Part shown: positions 33,154-42,840 of the stretch, piece by piece | Layout of the letters: every line of letters starts with the position of its first letter | Position numbering within the stretch: the stretch's first letter is position 1 | Assembly (NCBI GenBank): GCA_002418775.1 | Contig: DIEU01000049.1 | Span: 32,241 to 96,240, forward strand | DNA: 64,000 bases | Direction of reading: 5' to 3' | Source: Firmicutes bacterium UBA5766 | GTDB taxonomy: Bacteria; Bacillota; Desulfotomaculia; Desulfotomaculales; Nap2-2B | Position numbers and translations under genes: made by a program | Notes under the pieces: generated by a model | Told to the model about the DNA's origin: nothing | What the model saw: the letters and a program-made list of their open reading frames with translations, nothing else | Database searches by the model: none

Positions 33154-33441
33154 ATGCAGGTAAATAATATTTCTCACTCTTCTATTATACCTGTAGTTGA
33201 ACCGGCGCAAAAAAATAACGCGCAATCTTTCGGTCAATTTTTATCGGAACAGATTGAAAAGGTAAATGAATCTCAGTTAAAAACAGAAGAAGTGACTAAA
33301 CAATTCCTGACCGGAAATACTCAGGATATCCACCAGGTCCTGATCGCAGCTCAAGAATCTAAAATTACCCTGCAACTTGCGGTAGAAATACGTAATAAGG
33401 TAATTGAAGCTTATCAAGAAATATCAAGAATGTCCGTATAA
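33154..33441 (+). CDS. fliE: flagellar hook-basal body complex protein FliE
   Basis: 95 aa. The C-terminus 'DIHQVLIAAQESKITLQLAVEIRNKVIEAYQEI' is the FliE family core. Confidence 0.85.
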   Translation: MQVNNISHSSIIPVVEPAQKNNAQSFGQFLSEQIEKVNESQLKTEEVTKQFLTGNTQDIHQVLIAAQESKITLQLAVEIRNKVIEAYQEISRMSV

Positions 33442-33485
33442 TTGCTCTGTTTTACGCCTCTGCTGCAATAAGGAAGTGTTATTGA

Positions 33486-35018
33486 ATGAATTGGGCGAAT
33501 TTTCCTGCTGAAGCAAGTAAAAACTGGCAGACCATGCAGCCAAAACGCAGGATGTTAATTGCTGCTGTTGGCGCAGGGGTGATATTTTGTGTATTTTTTA
33601 TTTACGTTTTACTGAACCACATAACCTATGCGCCTTTATTTACCGGACTTGATCCCACTGAAGCCGGATCAATGGTTGAAAGGTTAAAAGAACAAAATGT
33701 GCCTTACCGTATAAGCGATCAGGGAAGAACAATCCTTGTGCCGGAAAAACAGGTTTATGAAGTAAGGATTGGGCTGGCCAGCAGTGGAGCTCTTGGACAA
33801 GGCGAGGGGTTCGAGTTATTTGATCAGACTAAGTTGGGTATAACGGACTTTGAGCAGCAGGTACAATACCAACGGGCCTTACAGGAGGAATTGAGAAGGA
33901 CGGTAACTCAGATGGACGAAGTTGAGCAGGCAAGAGTTCACCTGGTTCTTCCCCAAAAGTCAGTCTTTATTGAACAGGAGAGTCCGTCTTCCGCTTCTAT
34001 AGTATTAAAGTTAAAACCGATGGTGGTGTTAAAACCTAACCAGATCAAAGGGATTGTTGACCTGACGGTGGGGAGCGTGGAAGGTCTTAAACCTGAAAAT
34101 GTTCATGTTATTGATACGAATGGAAATGTTTTAGATGTGGAAGAAAAGAGTTCTATTGCCGGGGGTATGATGGAACAGTACCAGGTTAAAACCTCTTACG
34201 AAAACGCCCTGGAAAAACGTATCCAGGCAATGCTGGAGAAGATTTTCGGAACGGGCAAAACGGTTGTTATGGTTACGGCTGATCTGGATTTCGACAAACA
34301 GGAGATACAGGCGGATACATACCAGCAAGGTCCTATAGTCAGTGAACAGTTGATTAAAGAAAATACACCGTCTGCCGAAGCGGCAGGCGTTCCAGGGACT
34401 CAAACCAATACTCAAACCAATACTCAAACCAATTCTCAAACTGATTCTCAGGTTAACCAGCAAACACAAAGCAGCGGGACACCGCGGGTCGAAACGATAC
34501 GCAATTATCAGCCGATTAGCAGACAGGAGAAGATATACCCGGCAGTTGGAAATTTACAGCGACTGTCGATTGCCGTAGCGGTTGACTCACGTCTTTCTCA
34601 GGATATTGAGCAGCAGATTACCGATGTTGTAAGTTCTGCTGCAGGTTTAAACCAGAGCCGGGGTGATCAGTTGACAATCAGCACTCTTGCTTTTGACAAG
34701 TCCTCTCAACAGGAGACAGAGGCTGAGATGGCCCGGCAGGAAGCAGCCCAAAAGAAAGAGCAGCAGCAAAAAATTATTCTTACTGGTATTGCAGGTTTGA
34801 TCGGGATAATTGTCCTGTTCTTATTGATTAAAGCCATTTTAAGCAGAATATCCCAGGGCAGGGATATGGAAATTGAAGAGTTACGGCCTATTGAGGAAAT
34901 GCAGGTAAGAGAGATTCCTTTACAACCTACTGCGGAAGATAAGGTGCGCTACCTGGCAAAACAACAACCGGCCGAAGTGGCGGAAATAATAAAGGTGTGG
35001 CTGGCGGAAAATCAATAA
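33486..35018 (+). CDS. fliF: flagellar MS-ring protein FliF
   Basis: 510 aa with an N-terminal TM segment. 'YAPLFTGLDPTEAGSMVERLKEQNVPYRISDQGRTILVP' is the FliF signature, and there is a C-terminal TM segment. Confidence 0.9.
   Translation: MNWANFPAEASKNWQTMQPKRRMLIAAVGAGVIFCVFFIYVLLNHITYAPLFTGLDPTEAGSMVERLKEQNVPYRISDQGRTILVPEKQVYEVRIGLASSGALGQGEGFELFDQTKLGITDFEQQVQYQRALQEELRRTVTQMDEVEQARVHLVLPQKSVFIEQESPSSASIVLKLKPMVVLKPNQIKGIVDLTVGSVEGLKPENVHVIDTNGNVLDVEEKSSIAGGMMEQYQVKTSYENALEKRIQAMLEKIFGTGKTVVMVTADLDFDKQEIQADTYQQGPIVSEQLIKENTPSAEAAGVPGTQTNTQTNTQTNSQTDSQVNQQTQSSGTPRVETIRNYQPISRQEKIYPAVGNLQRLSIAVAVDSRLSQDIEQQITDVVSSAAGLNQSRGDQLTISTLAFDKSSQQETEAEMARQEAAQKKEQQQKIILTGIAGLIGIIVLFLLIKAILSRISQGRDMEIEELRPIEEMQVREIPLQPTAEDKVRYLAKQQPAEVAEIIKVWLAENQ
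34398..34457 (+). repeat. 12-bp in-frame tandem repeat (about 5 units) inside fliF
   Basis: 'actcaaaccaat' occurs three times, followed by two degenerate units. It encodes TQTNTQTNTQTNSQTDSQVN. Confidence 0.85.
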
Positions 35019-35041
35019 AAGAATTGCAGAGGTGAAGACTC

Positions 35042-36151
35042 ATGGAAAAAACAATGGGAAAATCACTTGAAAACACTGAACCCGGTCTGGTTTTAAGCGG
35101 GAAGGCGGCTCCAAGGAACTATGAAGAGATGGGGCAGGAAAAAAGCACAAGAAGGTTAACCTCTTTACAAAAAGCGGCAATTGTTCTTATTTCTATGGGT
35201 TCTGATCTCTCCAGTCAGGTTCTTAAACACGATTTTTATCAAGAGGATATTGAACGTATAACAGAAGCCATAACCAGATTGGGCAAAATACCTAAATCAG
35301 TCCGTGAGAATGTTCTTGAAGAATTTAAGGAATTAAGACAAGCTAAAAGTTTCATTATACAGGGGGGCACTAAATACGCACAGGAGTTGCTGGAAAAGAC
35401 GCTCGGACATCAGCGTGCGCAGGAAATAATTAAAAAGCTGACCTGGGAAGCAAAGACAATTCCTTTTGCCAGTTTAAGAAAAACGGATCCCCTCTATCTG
35501 TTTAATTTTATAAGAGATGAACATCCTCAAACTATAGCTATGATTTTGTCTTATTTAGAACCAGAAAAATCTGCTCAAATATTATCGTCCCTGCCAAAAG
35601 AAATGCAAAGCGATATTGCCCGCCGGATAGCAGTTATGGATCGTTCCAATCCCGAAGTCATCAAGGAAGTTGAAAAGGTATTGGAAACTCGTTTGGCGTC
35701 AGTCGTTAAACAGGGTCAGACGGTCATAGGAGGCATTCCTTCAATAGTGGAGATATTGAATATGAGTAATCGGAATACTGAAAAAACAATATTGGAAGAG
35801 CTGGAAAGCAAAGCGCCGGAACTGGCGGAAGCGATCAGGAAAAAGCTGTTTGTTTTTGAAGACATCGTAAAGTTGGATGACATTTCAATTCAGAGGATTC
35901 TAAGGGAGGTTGACGGCAAGGATTTAGCTCTGGCTTTACGAGGGTCCAGTGAAGATGTCCGTGGATGTATTTACAACAATCAATCCAAGAGAGCCAGCGA
36001 GATGTTGAAAGAGGAACTTGATTTTATGGGACCGGTACGCTTAAAACAGGTCGAAGAAGCACAGGCTAAAATTGTCAAGATTATCCGGACCCTGGAAGAA
36101 AGCGGGGAAATAATTATTTCAAGGGGTGGTGAGGATGCCATTATCATCTAA
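35042..36151 (+). CDS. fliG: flagellar motor switch protein FliG
   Basis: 'LTSLQKAAIVLISMGSDLSSQVLK' at the N-terminus. The C-terminus 'FVFEDIVKLDDISIQRILREVDGKDLALALRG' is the FliG torque-helix region. Confidence 0.9.
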   Translation: MEKTMGKSLENTEPGLVLSGKAAPRNYEEMGQEKSTRRLTSLQKAAIVLISMGSDLSSQVLKHDFYQEDIERITEAITRLGKIPKSVRENVLEEFKELRQAKSFIIQGGTKYAQELLEKTLGHQRAQEIIKKLTWEAKTIPFASLRKTDPLYLFNFIRDEHPQTIAMILSYLEPEKSAQILSSLPKEMQSDIARRIAVMDRSNPEVIKEVEKVLETRLASVVKQGQTVIGGIPSIVEILNMSNRNTEKTILEELESKAPELAEAIRKKLFVFEDIVKLDDISIQRILREVDGKDLALALRGSSEDVRGCIYNNQSKRASEMLKEELDFMGPVRLKQVEEAQAKIVKIIRTLEESGEIIISRGGEDAIII

Positions 36152-36854
36152 CAAGATAATTAGAAAACCACTGATATCTCAGGTTCGCAAGGTTAGTTTA
36201 ATCTGTGAAAACAGTACAGACGAACAAGAATATGCGGTGTCCCCAGGGAGTGCTGTGGGAGATATCACCAGCTATGATCCGGGCTCTATTTTGTATGCGA
36301 ACGGTGAAGCAGAAAAAATTCTTGAAAAAGCCCGTGTCGAAGCAGAGGAAATCTTTTTCCAGGCTAAAAAGGAAGGTTCCCAGGCGGGTTACCAGGAAAG
36401 CCTTGAAAAAGCTAATCAAGAAGCTGAGGAAATCCGTCAGAAAGCGCTTCAACTTTTAAGAGAAGCACACGAGGTAAAACGAAAAACGTTTGAAGGGATG
36501 GAAGAAGAAATAGTTCTTCTTTCCTGTGAAATTGCTGAAAGAATCGTCAACAAGCAACTAACCGTTGAACCGGAGACAATTTACGAAATTGCCAAAGAAG
36601 CAATTGAAGCAGTTTCTGATAAAGAGCGGGTAGACTTAATGGTCAACGTTCGGGATTTCGATATTTTTGATAAGAACCGGGAAGATATCTTAAAGAGGCT
36701 TCCGGGCGACGCCAAGTTGAATATATTAGCTGAGCCCTCAATAAAACAAGGCGGCTTAAAAATCAGGACATCGAGAGAAGAAGTTGACGCTACTTTAGAT
36801 AATCGATGGAAAGTTTTAAAAACTAATCTGGCTAAAGGGTACACAGATGTTTAA
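36126..36854 (+). CDS. fliH: flagellar assembly protein FliH
   Basis: Glu/Lys-rich coiled coil 'AEKILEKARVEAEEIFFQAKKEG' plus a FliH C-terminal domain. The gene lies between fliG and fliI. The start could instead be ATG 36135. Confidence 0.8.
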   Translation: MVRMPLSSNKIIRKPLISQVRKVSLICENSTDEQEYAVSPGSAVGDITSYDPGSILYANGEAEKILEKARVEAEEIFFQAKKEGSQAGYQESLEKANQEAEEIRQKALQLLREAHEVKRKTFEGMEEEIVLLSCEIAERIVNKQLTVEPETIYEIAKEAIEAVSDKERVDLMVNVRDFDIFDKNREDILKRLPGDAKLNILAEPSIKQGGLKIRTSREEVDATLDNRWKVLKTNLAKGYTDV

Positions 36855-38178
36855 AAATGTTCCGTCAGTAAATCTAAGATATTATCACGAGCGGATCAAA
36901 AAAGCTCAACTAATCAGAGCATGTGGTTTGGTTAAAAAGGTTACCGGACTGCTTATTGAAACTACGGGCTTAACTTCCTTCATAGGTGAGCTGTGTTATA
37001 TTAAAGTTCCTAATTTTGATCAGCCTGTCCTTGCCGAGGTAATCGGTTTCCGTGAAGGAAGTTCTTTAATAATGCCTCTGGGAGATCTGAAAGGTGTTTA
37101 CCCGGGATGCCCTGTGATTCCGACAGGCCATCCTTTGCTTATTAAGGTTGGGGATAATATCCGCGGCCGTATTCTTAACGGGCTTGGTCAGCCGCTTGAT
37201 GAAAAACCGCTTGACGAAGGCGGGATTTTTTGGCCGGTTGACAACCTTCCGCCAAACCCCCTTACACGCCGTCAGGTAAATGAAGTTTTGGCGACAGGGG
37301 TAAGAGCTATTGATTCATTATTGACTTGTGGTAAAGGGCAGCGGTTAGGCTTGTTTTCTGGAAGCGGTGTGGGTAAGAGTACTCTGTTAGGCATGATAGC
37401 CCGCTATTCCAAAGCACAAGTCAATGTAATTGCGCTGGTTGGTGAAAGAGGGCGAGAGGTCGGTGATTTCATCTGTCATGATTTAGGAGAGGAGGGATTA
37501 AGCAGGAGTATTGTTGTGGCGGCTACCTCGGATCAACCTGCTCTTGTCCGCCTGAAGGCTGCATTCGTGGCCATCGCTATTGCAGAGTACTTTCGGGAGC
37601 AAGGTATGGATGTGCTGCTGCTGCTGGATTCTGTTACACGTCTGGCAATGGCGCAAAGGGAAATTGGACTCACAGTGGGTGAACCCCCTGCAACAAAAGG
37701 GTACCCACCCTCTGTATTCGGGCTTTTACCGAGGTTGCTGGAACGGACTGGAACAGGAGAAAGAGGTTCTATCACTGCTTTTTATACAGTACTCGTAGAG
37801 GGTGATGATTTTAACGAGCCTATCGCGGATACTGTCCGCAGTATTTTAGACGGACATATAGTACTGACACGCGATTTGGCAAATCATAATCACTATCCTC
37901 CTATTGACGTCCTGCAAAGCGTAAGCCGTTTGATGCCCGATTTGGCAAGCTTAAGGCATCAGCAAATGGCCGGCCGTATGAGGGATTTGCTGGCAACATA
38001 TAAGCAATCAGAGGACTTAATTAATATTGGCGCTTATACGAACGGTTCGAATCAGAAAATTGACTCTTCAATCCGTCACTATGAAAAGATAGTCAATTAT
38101 CTTCGTCAGAGTCCCGAAGAATTTTGTGCTTTTGAAGATTCCATGGCTTTACTGGAAAATTTGCAGCTAGCGGAGTGA
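36847..38178 (+). CDS. fliI: flagellum-specific ATPase FliI
   Basis: Walker A 'GSGVGKST' and Walker B 'VLLLLDSVTR'. F1/T3SS ATPase family. Confidence 0.95.
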   Translation: MFKNVPSVNLRYYHERIKKAQLIRACGLVKKVTGLLIETTGLTSFIGELCYIKVPNFDQPVLAEVIGFREGSSLIMPLGDLKGVYPGCPVIPTGHPLLIKVGDNIRGRILNGLGQPLDEKPLDEGGIFWPVDNLPPNPLTRRQVNEVLATGVRAIDSLLTCGKGQRLGLFSGSGVGKSTLLGMIARYSKAQVNVIALVGERGREVGDFICHDLGEEGLSRSIVVAATSDQPALVRLKAAFVAIAIAEYFREQGMDVLLLLDSVTRLAMAQREIGLTVGEPPATKGYPPSVFGLLPRLLERTGTGERGSITAFYTVLVEGDDFNEPIADTVRSILDGHIVLTRDLANHNHYPPIDVLQSVSRLMPDLASLRHQQMAGRMRDLLATYKQSEDLINIGAYTNGSNQKIDSSIRHYEKIVNYLRQSPEEFCAFEDSMALLENLQLAE

Positions 38179-38182
38179 TCAA

Positions 38183-38629
38183 ATGTCTAATTTTGTTTTC
38201 TCGCTGGAAAAAGTTTTAAAGTATCGCTTGAGCGTGGAAGAGGCTGCCAGACAGACTGTGGCTGAAGCACAGGAAAGGTATGCTTTAAACAAAATAATAC
38301 TTGATGAGATGTACAGAAGCTATGAAAAGAGTTTTGTACAGGATGATAAAGATGTTGAAGATTCATGGGTGATCCGCCAAAATAACTACCGTCTTTATTT
38401 AACCAAATGCATAGAAAAGCAGCAAGACATTTTAACCGGAATCCAAAATGAGCTCCATGAAAGACGTGAAAAATTGATTCATGCGTGGCAGGAAAGGTCC
38501 GTTCTTGAAAAAGTAAGAGAAAAGTCATATCACAGATATCAGCTTGAGGAAAAGAACAAAGAAAAATTTCAAAATGACGAAACTGGACAGAGGACTTTTG
38601 TTTATCACAAAAGAGGTCAGTTATTATGA
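38183..38629 (+). CDS. fliJ: flagellar export protein FliJ
   Basis: 148-aa coiled-coil protein beginning 'FSLEKVLKYRLSVEEAARQTVAEAQ'. It follows fliI. Confidence 0.8.
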   Translation: MSNFVFSLEKVLKYRLSVEEAARQTVAEAQERYALNKIILDEMYRSYEKSFVQDDKDVEDSWVIRQNNYRLYLTKCIEKQQDILTGIQNELHERREKLIHAWQERSVLEKVREKSYHRYQLEEKNKEKFQNDETGQRTFVYHKRGQLL

Positions 38630-41112
38630 TTTTACCAACCGAAAAATCAGCCTGGGGCATCCCCTTTGCTGGTTCAAAACAAAAGGAAAAAAACGTATCT
38701 GCAGAAGGGATTGTTAAGGATCAAACCTGGGCTTTTCTGGATGCTGTTAATGCTGTTTATCTATCAGGCGATCTTTGTGCGCCAAAAGTAGAAACTGATT
38801 CCCCGCAGGCAGGCGTTATTCCGGCGGTGGATGCATCTAAAAGCAGCCTGGAGAAGCCTCAAAGTGAACTTTCAAATAAAAATATTAACAAAAATATTAA
38901 TGAAAATTCGTTTCAAAGTGCGATTGGAAAAGTTAACATTTTTGCCGGGTCCCCTGTTGTTTATCAAAGCAGGGATCTAATCAGCATTGATAAAAAGAAT
39001 GAGCTGCGGATGGACAGTCAGACTCAGGATGAAGAAAATGCTGCTGCACTGGCGGAAGCAATTCAAAAAGATAGTATTAATCAGACAACCGAAGGCTGGA
39101 CAGTGCTTACATCCAATTTAATACATGCTGCGAGTTCTGAACAAAATCCGGAAGAGCTTTTGGGAACAAAACCGGATCAGTTACCTGCCGGCGCACAGAC
39201 GCAGGGTAAAACGGACAACAAGCCGCAGGCTAAGGACATTCATGACGGTTCATTCCGGATAATTAAAGACAGTAAAACGGACGAACTGCAGGCTAAGGCC
39301 GAGAACACGGTAAACCTCAATCTAAAGAACGTCAGGTATGTAACAAACACAGGAGCGTCAAAGGAATCAGGGACAGTTCAGAGATCTGCCGCAGCCGTTG
39401 AGGACCTGAATCAAAGTACAGTCAAGTCAACCGGATTTCCAGGAGTTCCGGATATTGGATCTGATGCGGAAAAGCTTTTAGGAACAAAACCGGATCAGTT
39501 ACCTGCCGGCGCACAGACGCAGGGTAAAACGGACAACAAGCCGCAGGCTAAGGACATTCATGACGGTTCATTCCGGATAATCAAAGACAGTAAAACGGAC
39601 GAACCGCAGGCTAAGGCCGAGAACCCGGTAAACCTCAATCTAAAGAACGTCAGGTATGTAACAAACGCAGGAGCGTCAAAGGAATCAGGGACAGTTCAGA
39701 GATCTGCCGCAGCCGTTGAGGACCTGAATCAAAGTACAGTCAAGTCAACCGGATTTCCAGGAGTTCCGGATATTGGATCTGACACGGAAGAGCTTTTGGG
39801 CTCAACACCGGATCAGATACCAGCCGGCGCACAGACGCAGGGTAAAACGGACAAGCTGCAGGCCAAGGATATTTATGACGGTTCATCCCGGACAATCAAA
39901 GACGGTAAAGCGGACGAACCGCAGGCCAAGGATATTTATGACGGTTCATCCCGGATAATCAAAGACAGTAAAATGGACGAACCACAGGCTAAGGCCGAGA
40001 ACCCGGTCAACCTTAATCTAAAGAACGCCAGGTATGTAATAAACGCAGGAGCGTTAAAGGAATCAGGGACAGTTCAGAGTTCTGCCGCAACTGTTGAGGA
40101 GTTGAATCAAAGGACAGTCAAGTCAACCGGATTTCCAGGAATTCCGGATACTGATTCTGATCATAAAGAAATTTCGAAATCCACATCGGATCAATCGTTG
40201 ACTGGCATACAGCGGCAGGTTGAAACAGACAAGCTGCAAAGTATTGTTGGCGATTTCAATTCTTTGGAAGTTGCTCCTTTTGGTCTTAACCGGAGAGTAA
40301 TATCAAAATTTAAGACTGAGCAGTTTTCGCCAGGTTTAACTACACAGGGAAGTGGAACTGAAAATAATAGTAAAAACAACAATACCGGCCACATTGAATC
40401 AATCCGGACAGACACCTGGACGCCCGTCGTTTTAGAAACTGTTGAAAGTTCAACAAACTATACTCCTGACAAAGGCAGTGTCGTTCAATCGTTTGCGGCT
40501 TTAAAAAGTACCGGGAGAATATCTGCCGAAGAAAACGTAAGAGTTCCTGGCGGGGACGAGAAGATAGCCGGTCTGCAACAACAGTCTGACTTGCTGCAAA
40601 ACCTTGCCGGTTCTTTGTCTGAGGCTGCCGGTTTTCCCAGGAATACAGCTTTCAAGCAGGAATCAGCCGGGACTTATCAGCAGGTTTCCGTAGCTGAACT
40701 GCCTCAAATTGTGCTTTCAGCTTTGCGGTCTTCCGGTTTCGGGGAAAAGCTGGTTAGGATTAACCTGATTCCCGAAAATCTTGGTCCTTTAGCAGTTAAA
40801 GTTAAGGAAATCAAGGATAAAATTGTGATCCATTTCATCACTTCCAGCGTTGACGCAAAAGAAGTATTGGAGGTCTCAATGCCCCAACTGAAACAGTCAA
40901 TCTCACTGTTGTCTGGTTCCGCAAATGAAACCCTGGTCTTTTTGAGTCAGGGACAGGGTCAGGGAAATAATGATCATACTCAAGGGGGGTGGTGCTATTT
41001 TAATAATCCTTTTAACCAGTTGTTAAACGATTCTGTGAGTGATACCCGGCAGTTGTTTGAAAATGGTTTAACCAGTCAGGATGAGGCAAGAGCAGTTAAT
41101 TATTGGATTTAG
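38626..41112 (+). CDS. fliK: flagellar hook-length control protein FliK, unusually long (828 aa), with an internal tandem repeat array
   Basis: The C-terminal Flg_hook-type domain reads 'LVRINLIPENLGPLAVKVKEIKDKIVIHFITSSVDAKEVLEVSMPQLKQSI'. Its position between fliJ and flgD supports the call. The ATG overlaps the fliJ stop (ATGA). Confidence 0.8.
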   Translation: MILPTEKSAWGIPFAGSKQKEKNVSAEGIVKDQTWAFLDAVNAVYLSGDLCAPKVETDSPQAGVIPAVDASKSSLEKPQSELSNKNINKNINENSFQSAIGKVNIFAGSPVVYQSRDLISIDKKNELRMDSQTQDEENAAALAEAIQKDSINQTTEGWTVLTSNLIHAASSEQNPEELLGTKPDQLPAGAQTQGKTDNKPQAKDIHDGSFRIIKDSKTDELQAKAENTVNLNLKNVRYVTNTGASKESGTVQRSAAAVEDLNQSTVKSTGFPGVPDIGSDAEKLLGTKPDQLPAGAQTQGKTDNKPQAKDIHDGSFRIIKDSKTDEPQAKAENPVNLNLKNVRYVTNAGASKESGTVQRSAAAVEDLNQSTVKSTGFPGVPDIGSDTEELLGSTPDQIPAGAQTQGKTDKLQAKDIYDGSSRTIKDGKADEPQAKDIYDGSSRIIKDSKMDEPQAKAENPVNLNLKNARYVINAGALKESGTVQSSAATVEELNQRTVKSTGFPGIPDTDSDHKEISKSTSDQSLTGIQRQVETDKLQSIVGDFNSLEVAPFGLNRRVISKFKTEQFSPGLTTQGSGTENNSKNNNTGHIESIRTDTWTPVVLETVESSTNYTPDKGSVVQSFAALKSTGRISAEENVRVPGGDEKIAGLQQQSDLLQNLAGSLSEAAGFPRNTAFKQESAGTYQQVSVAELPQIVLSALRSSGFGEKLVRINLIPENLGPLAVKVKEIKDKIVIHFITSSVDAKEVLEVSMPQLKQSISLLSGSANETLVFLSQGQGQGNNDHTQGGWCYFNNPFNQLLNDSVSDTRQLFENGLTSQDEARAVNYWI
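39151..40161 (+). repeat. tandem repeat array in fliK: two 318-bp units (39151-39468 and 39469-39786) plus a diverged 375-bp third unit
   Basis: Units 1 and 2 differ at about 8 of 318 nt by my reading. Unit 3 carries an internal 63-bp duplication ('QAKDIYDGSSR.IKD.K.DEP' twice). A further degenerate partial unit follows, to about 40236. Confidence 0.9.
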
Positions 41113-41124
41113 GAGAAGATAAAT

Positions 41125-41529
41125 ATGTCAGTATCATCGGTTAGCGCTGAAAGCAGCACGCAGACACAGACGAGTTCATTCAGTACCAGTATTCTGGACA
41201 AAGATTCTTTTCTGAAACTGATGGTTGCTCAACTGGTCAATCAGGATCCTTTCAATACCCAGGATAGCGGGGAGTTTCTTGCCCAACTGGCCCAGGTAAC
41301 CCAGCTTGAACAGATGATCAACCTGAATGATAAGATAAATAATTTGGTGCAAAGCCAGGTTTACACACAAGCTGTATCTTTGGTAGGCCACCAGGTAAAA
41401 GTCCAGGATGCGAATGGAGAAGAAGTCGAAGGTTCAGTAAGTAAAGTTACTTTTCAAAATAGTGAAGTCGGTGTAGTCATTGATGGAACTTCTTACTTGT
41501 TATCCGATGTTGTTGAAGTAACTGATTAA
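41125..41529 (+). CDS. flgD: flagellar hook assembly (capping) protein FlgD
   Basis: 'LDKDSFLKLMVAQLVNQDPFNTQDSGEFLAQLAQVTQLEQM' is the FlgD N-terminal signature. Confidence 0.9.
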   Translation: MSVSSVSAESSTQTQTSSFSTSILDKDSFLKLMVAQLVNQDPFNTQDSGEFLAQLAQVTQLEQMINLNDKINNLVQSQVYTQAVSLVGHQVKVQDANGEEVEGSVSKVTFQNSEVGVVIDGTSYLLSDVVEVTD

Positions 41530-41614
41530 AGGAGGCGCCAAAATTGGGGTAAATAAAGTTGATCGACCAGCTTATTTACCTGAAGAAAAATCTGGGTCAC
41601 AGGTTTCGGGGCGG

Positions 41615-41920
41615 TTGCAGTCTGTTTCATTCCAGTCTGTTTTATACGATAAAATCCAGCAAGGCAGAGTAAAAATTTCCGCACATGCTCAAAAGCGTAT
41701 GGACGAAAGAAATATTTCTCTTAAAGAATCAGACTGGTCTAAAATAGACAATGCTGTGAACCAGGCTCAGGCAAAGGGGGTACGCGATTCACTGCTGTTA
41801 TATAATGATCTGGCCCTTGTGACCAGTATAACAAACCGTACAATTGTTACTGCTTTGGATAAGGAAGCAATGATCGATCATGTTTTTACCAATATCGACG
41901 GAGCGGTTATTATTAAATAG
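41615..41920 (+). CDS. small 'flagellar operon protein' (TIGR02530-like), N-terminus uncertain
   Basis: 'KISAHAQKRMDERNISL...ALVTSITNRTIVTAL' resembles the conserved small protein found between flgD and flgE in Firmicutes. The frame is open back to 41543. Confidence 0.6.
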   Translation: MQSVSFQSVLYDKIQQGRVKISAHAQKRMDERNISLKESDWSKIDNAVNQAQAKGVRDSLLLYNDLALVTSITNRTIVTALDKEAMIDHVFTNIDGAVIIK

Positions 41921-42012
41921 GTTAGCGGCCGGACCTTTTTAGGGGGCCGTGAGGTTGTTGAATGAAAGAGACAACCAAATAATATAAGGTCATTATAAGG
42001 AGGTCAAATAAT

Positions 42013-42834
42013 TTGATTAGGTCACTTTACTCAGGTGTTTCAGGTATGCGCAATCAACAGATCTGTATGGATGTAATCGGCAACAATATAAGCAATGCAA
42101 GTACATACGGCTTCAAGGCGGGAAGGGCATGCTTCAAGGACCTTTTCAGCCAGCAGTTAAAGTATCCTTCCGGAACCGATACCCCGCCTTACGTATATTC
42201 TTCACAGGTTGGAACAGGTGTAACGATAGGAAGTGTTCAGAATTTATTTGATCAGGGCGGGTTGCAGGTAACAGACAGGGCATTGGATCTGGCAATCCAG
42301 GGAAATGGTTTTTTCATGCTTAAAGACTCCACATCGAACAAAATTTATTATACACGTGACGGCAATTTTACTCTTGATAAGGAAGGTTATCTGACGAGTG
42401 TGGACGGTTTAAGGGTTCTTGACTCCAGTGGCGCGGAAATACCGGCTTTAACATCTGGCCAGCAGATTACAGGTATCGGAGTTAATGGCGAGATAAGTGT
42501 TTTAAACTTCGATGGGACTACGGGTACGCTGGGGATAATCGGAATCGCCAACATCATTAATCCTGACAGCCTAGAAAAATGTGGTAACAATAACTACATT
42601 CCCACCATAACTACCGGTAGTTTTTCTAACTTTTCAACACCTATAAATCCGGGCGCTCCTGGCGGTACAGGAGGTCAGGGTATAATTCAGTCAGGTTATT
42701 TGGAGATGTCAAATGTTGATTTAACCAACGAGTTTGCCAGGCTAATTACCACTCAGAGGAGTTATCAGGCAAATGCCAGGGTGATCACTACTTCTGATGA
42801 AATGCTGCAGAACGTTATTGATCTAAAACGGTAA
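42013..42834 (+). CDS. flgE: flagellar hook protein FlgE (short Bacillus type)
   Basis: 'MIRSLYSGVSGMRNQQICMDVIGNNISNASTYGFK' at the N-terminus. The C-terminus reads 'LEMSNVDLTNEFARLITTQRSYQANARVITTSDEML'. Confidence 0.85.
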   Translation: MIRSLYSGVSGMRNQQICMDVIGNNISNASTYGFKAGRACFKDLFSQQLKYPSGTDTPPYVYSSQVGTGVTIGSVQNLFDQGGLQVTDRALDLAIQGNGFFMLKDSTSNKIYYTRDGNFTLDKEGYLTSVDGLRVLDSSGAEIPALTSGQQITGIGVNGEISVLNFDGTTGTLGIIGIANIINPDSLEKCGNNNYIPTITTGSFSNFSTPINPGAPGGTGGQGIIQSGYLEMSNVDLTNEFARLITTQRSYQANARVITTSDEMLQNVIDLKR

Positions 42835-42840
42835 AGAAAT

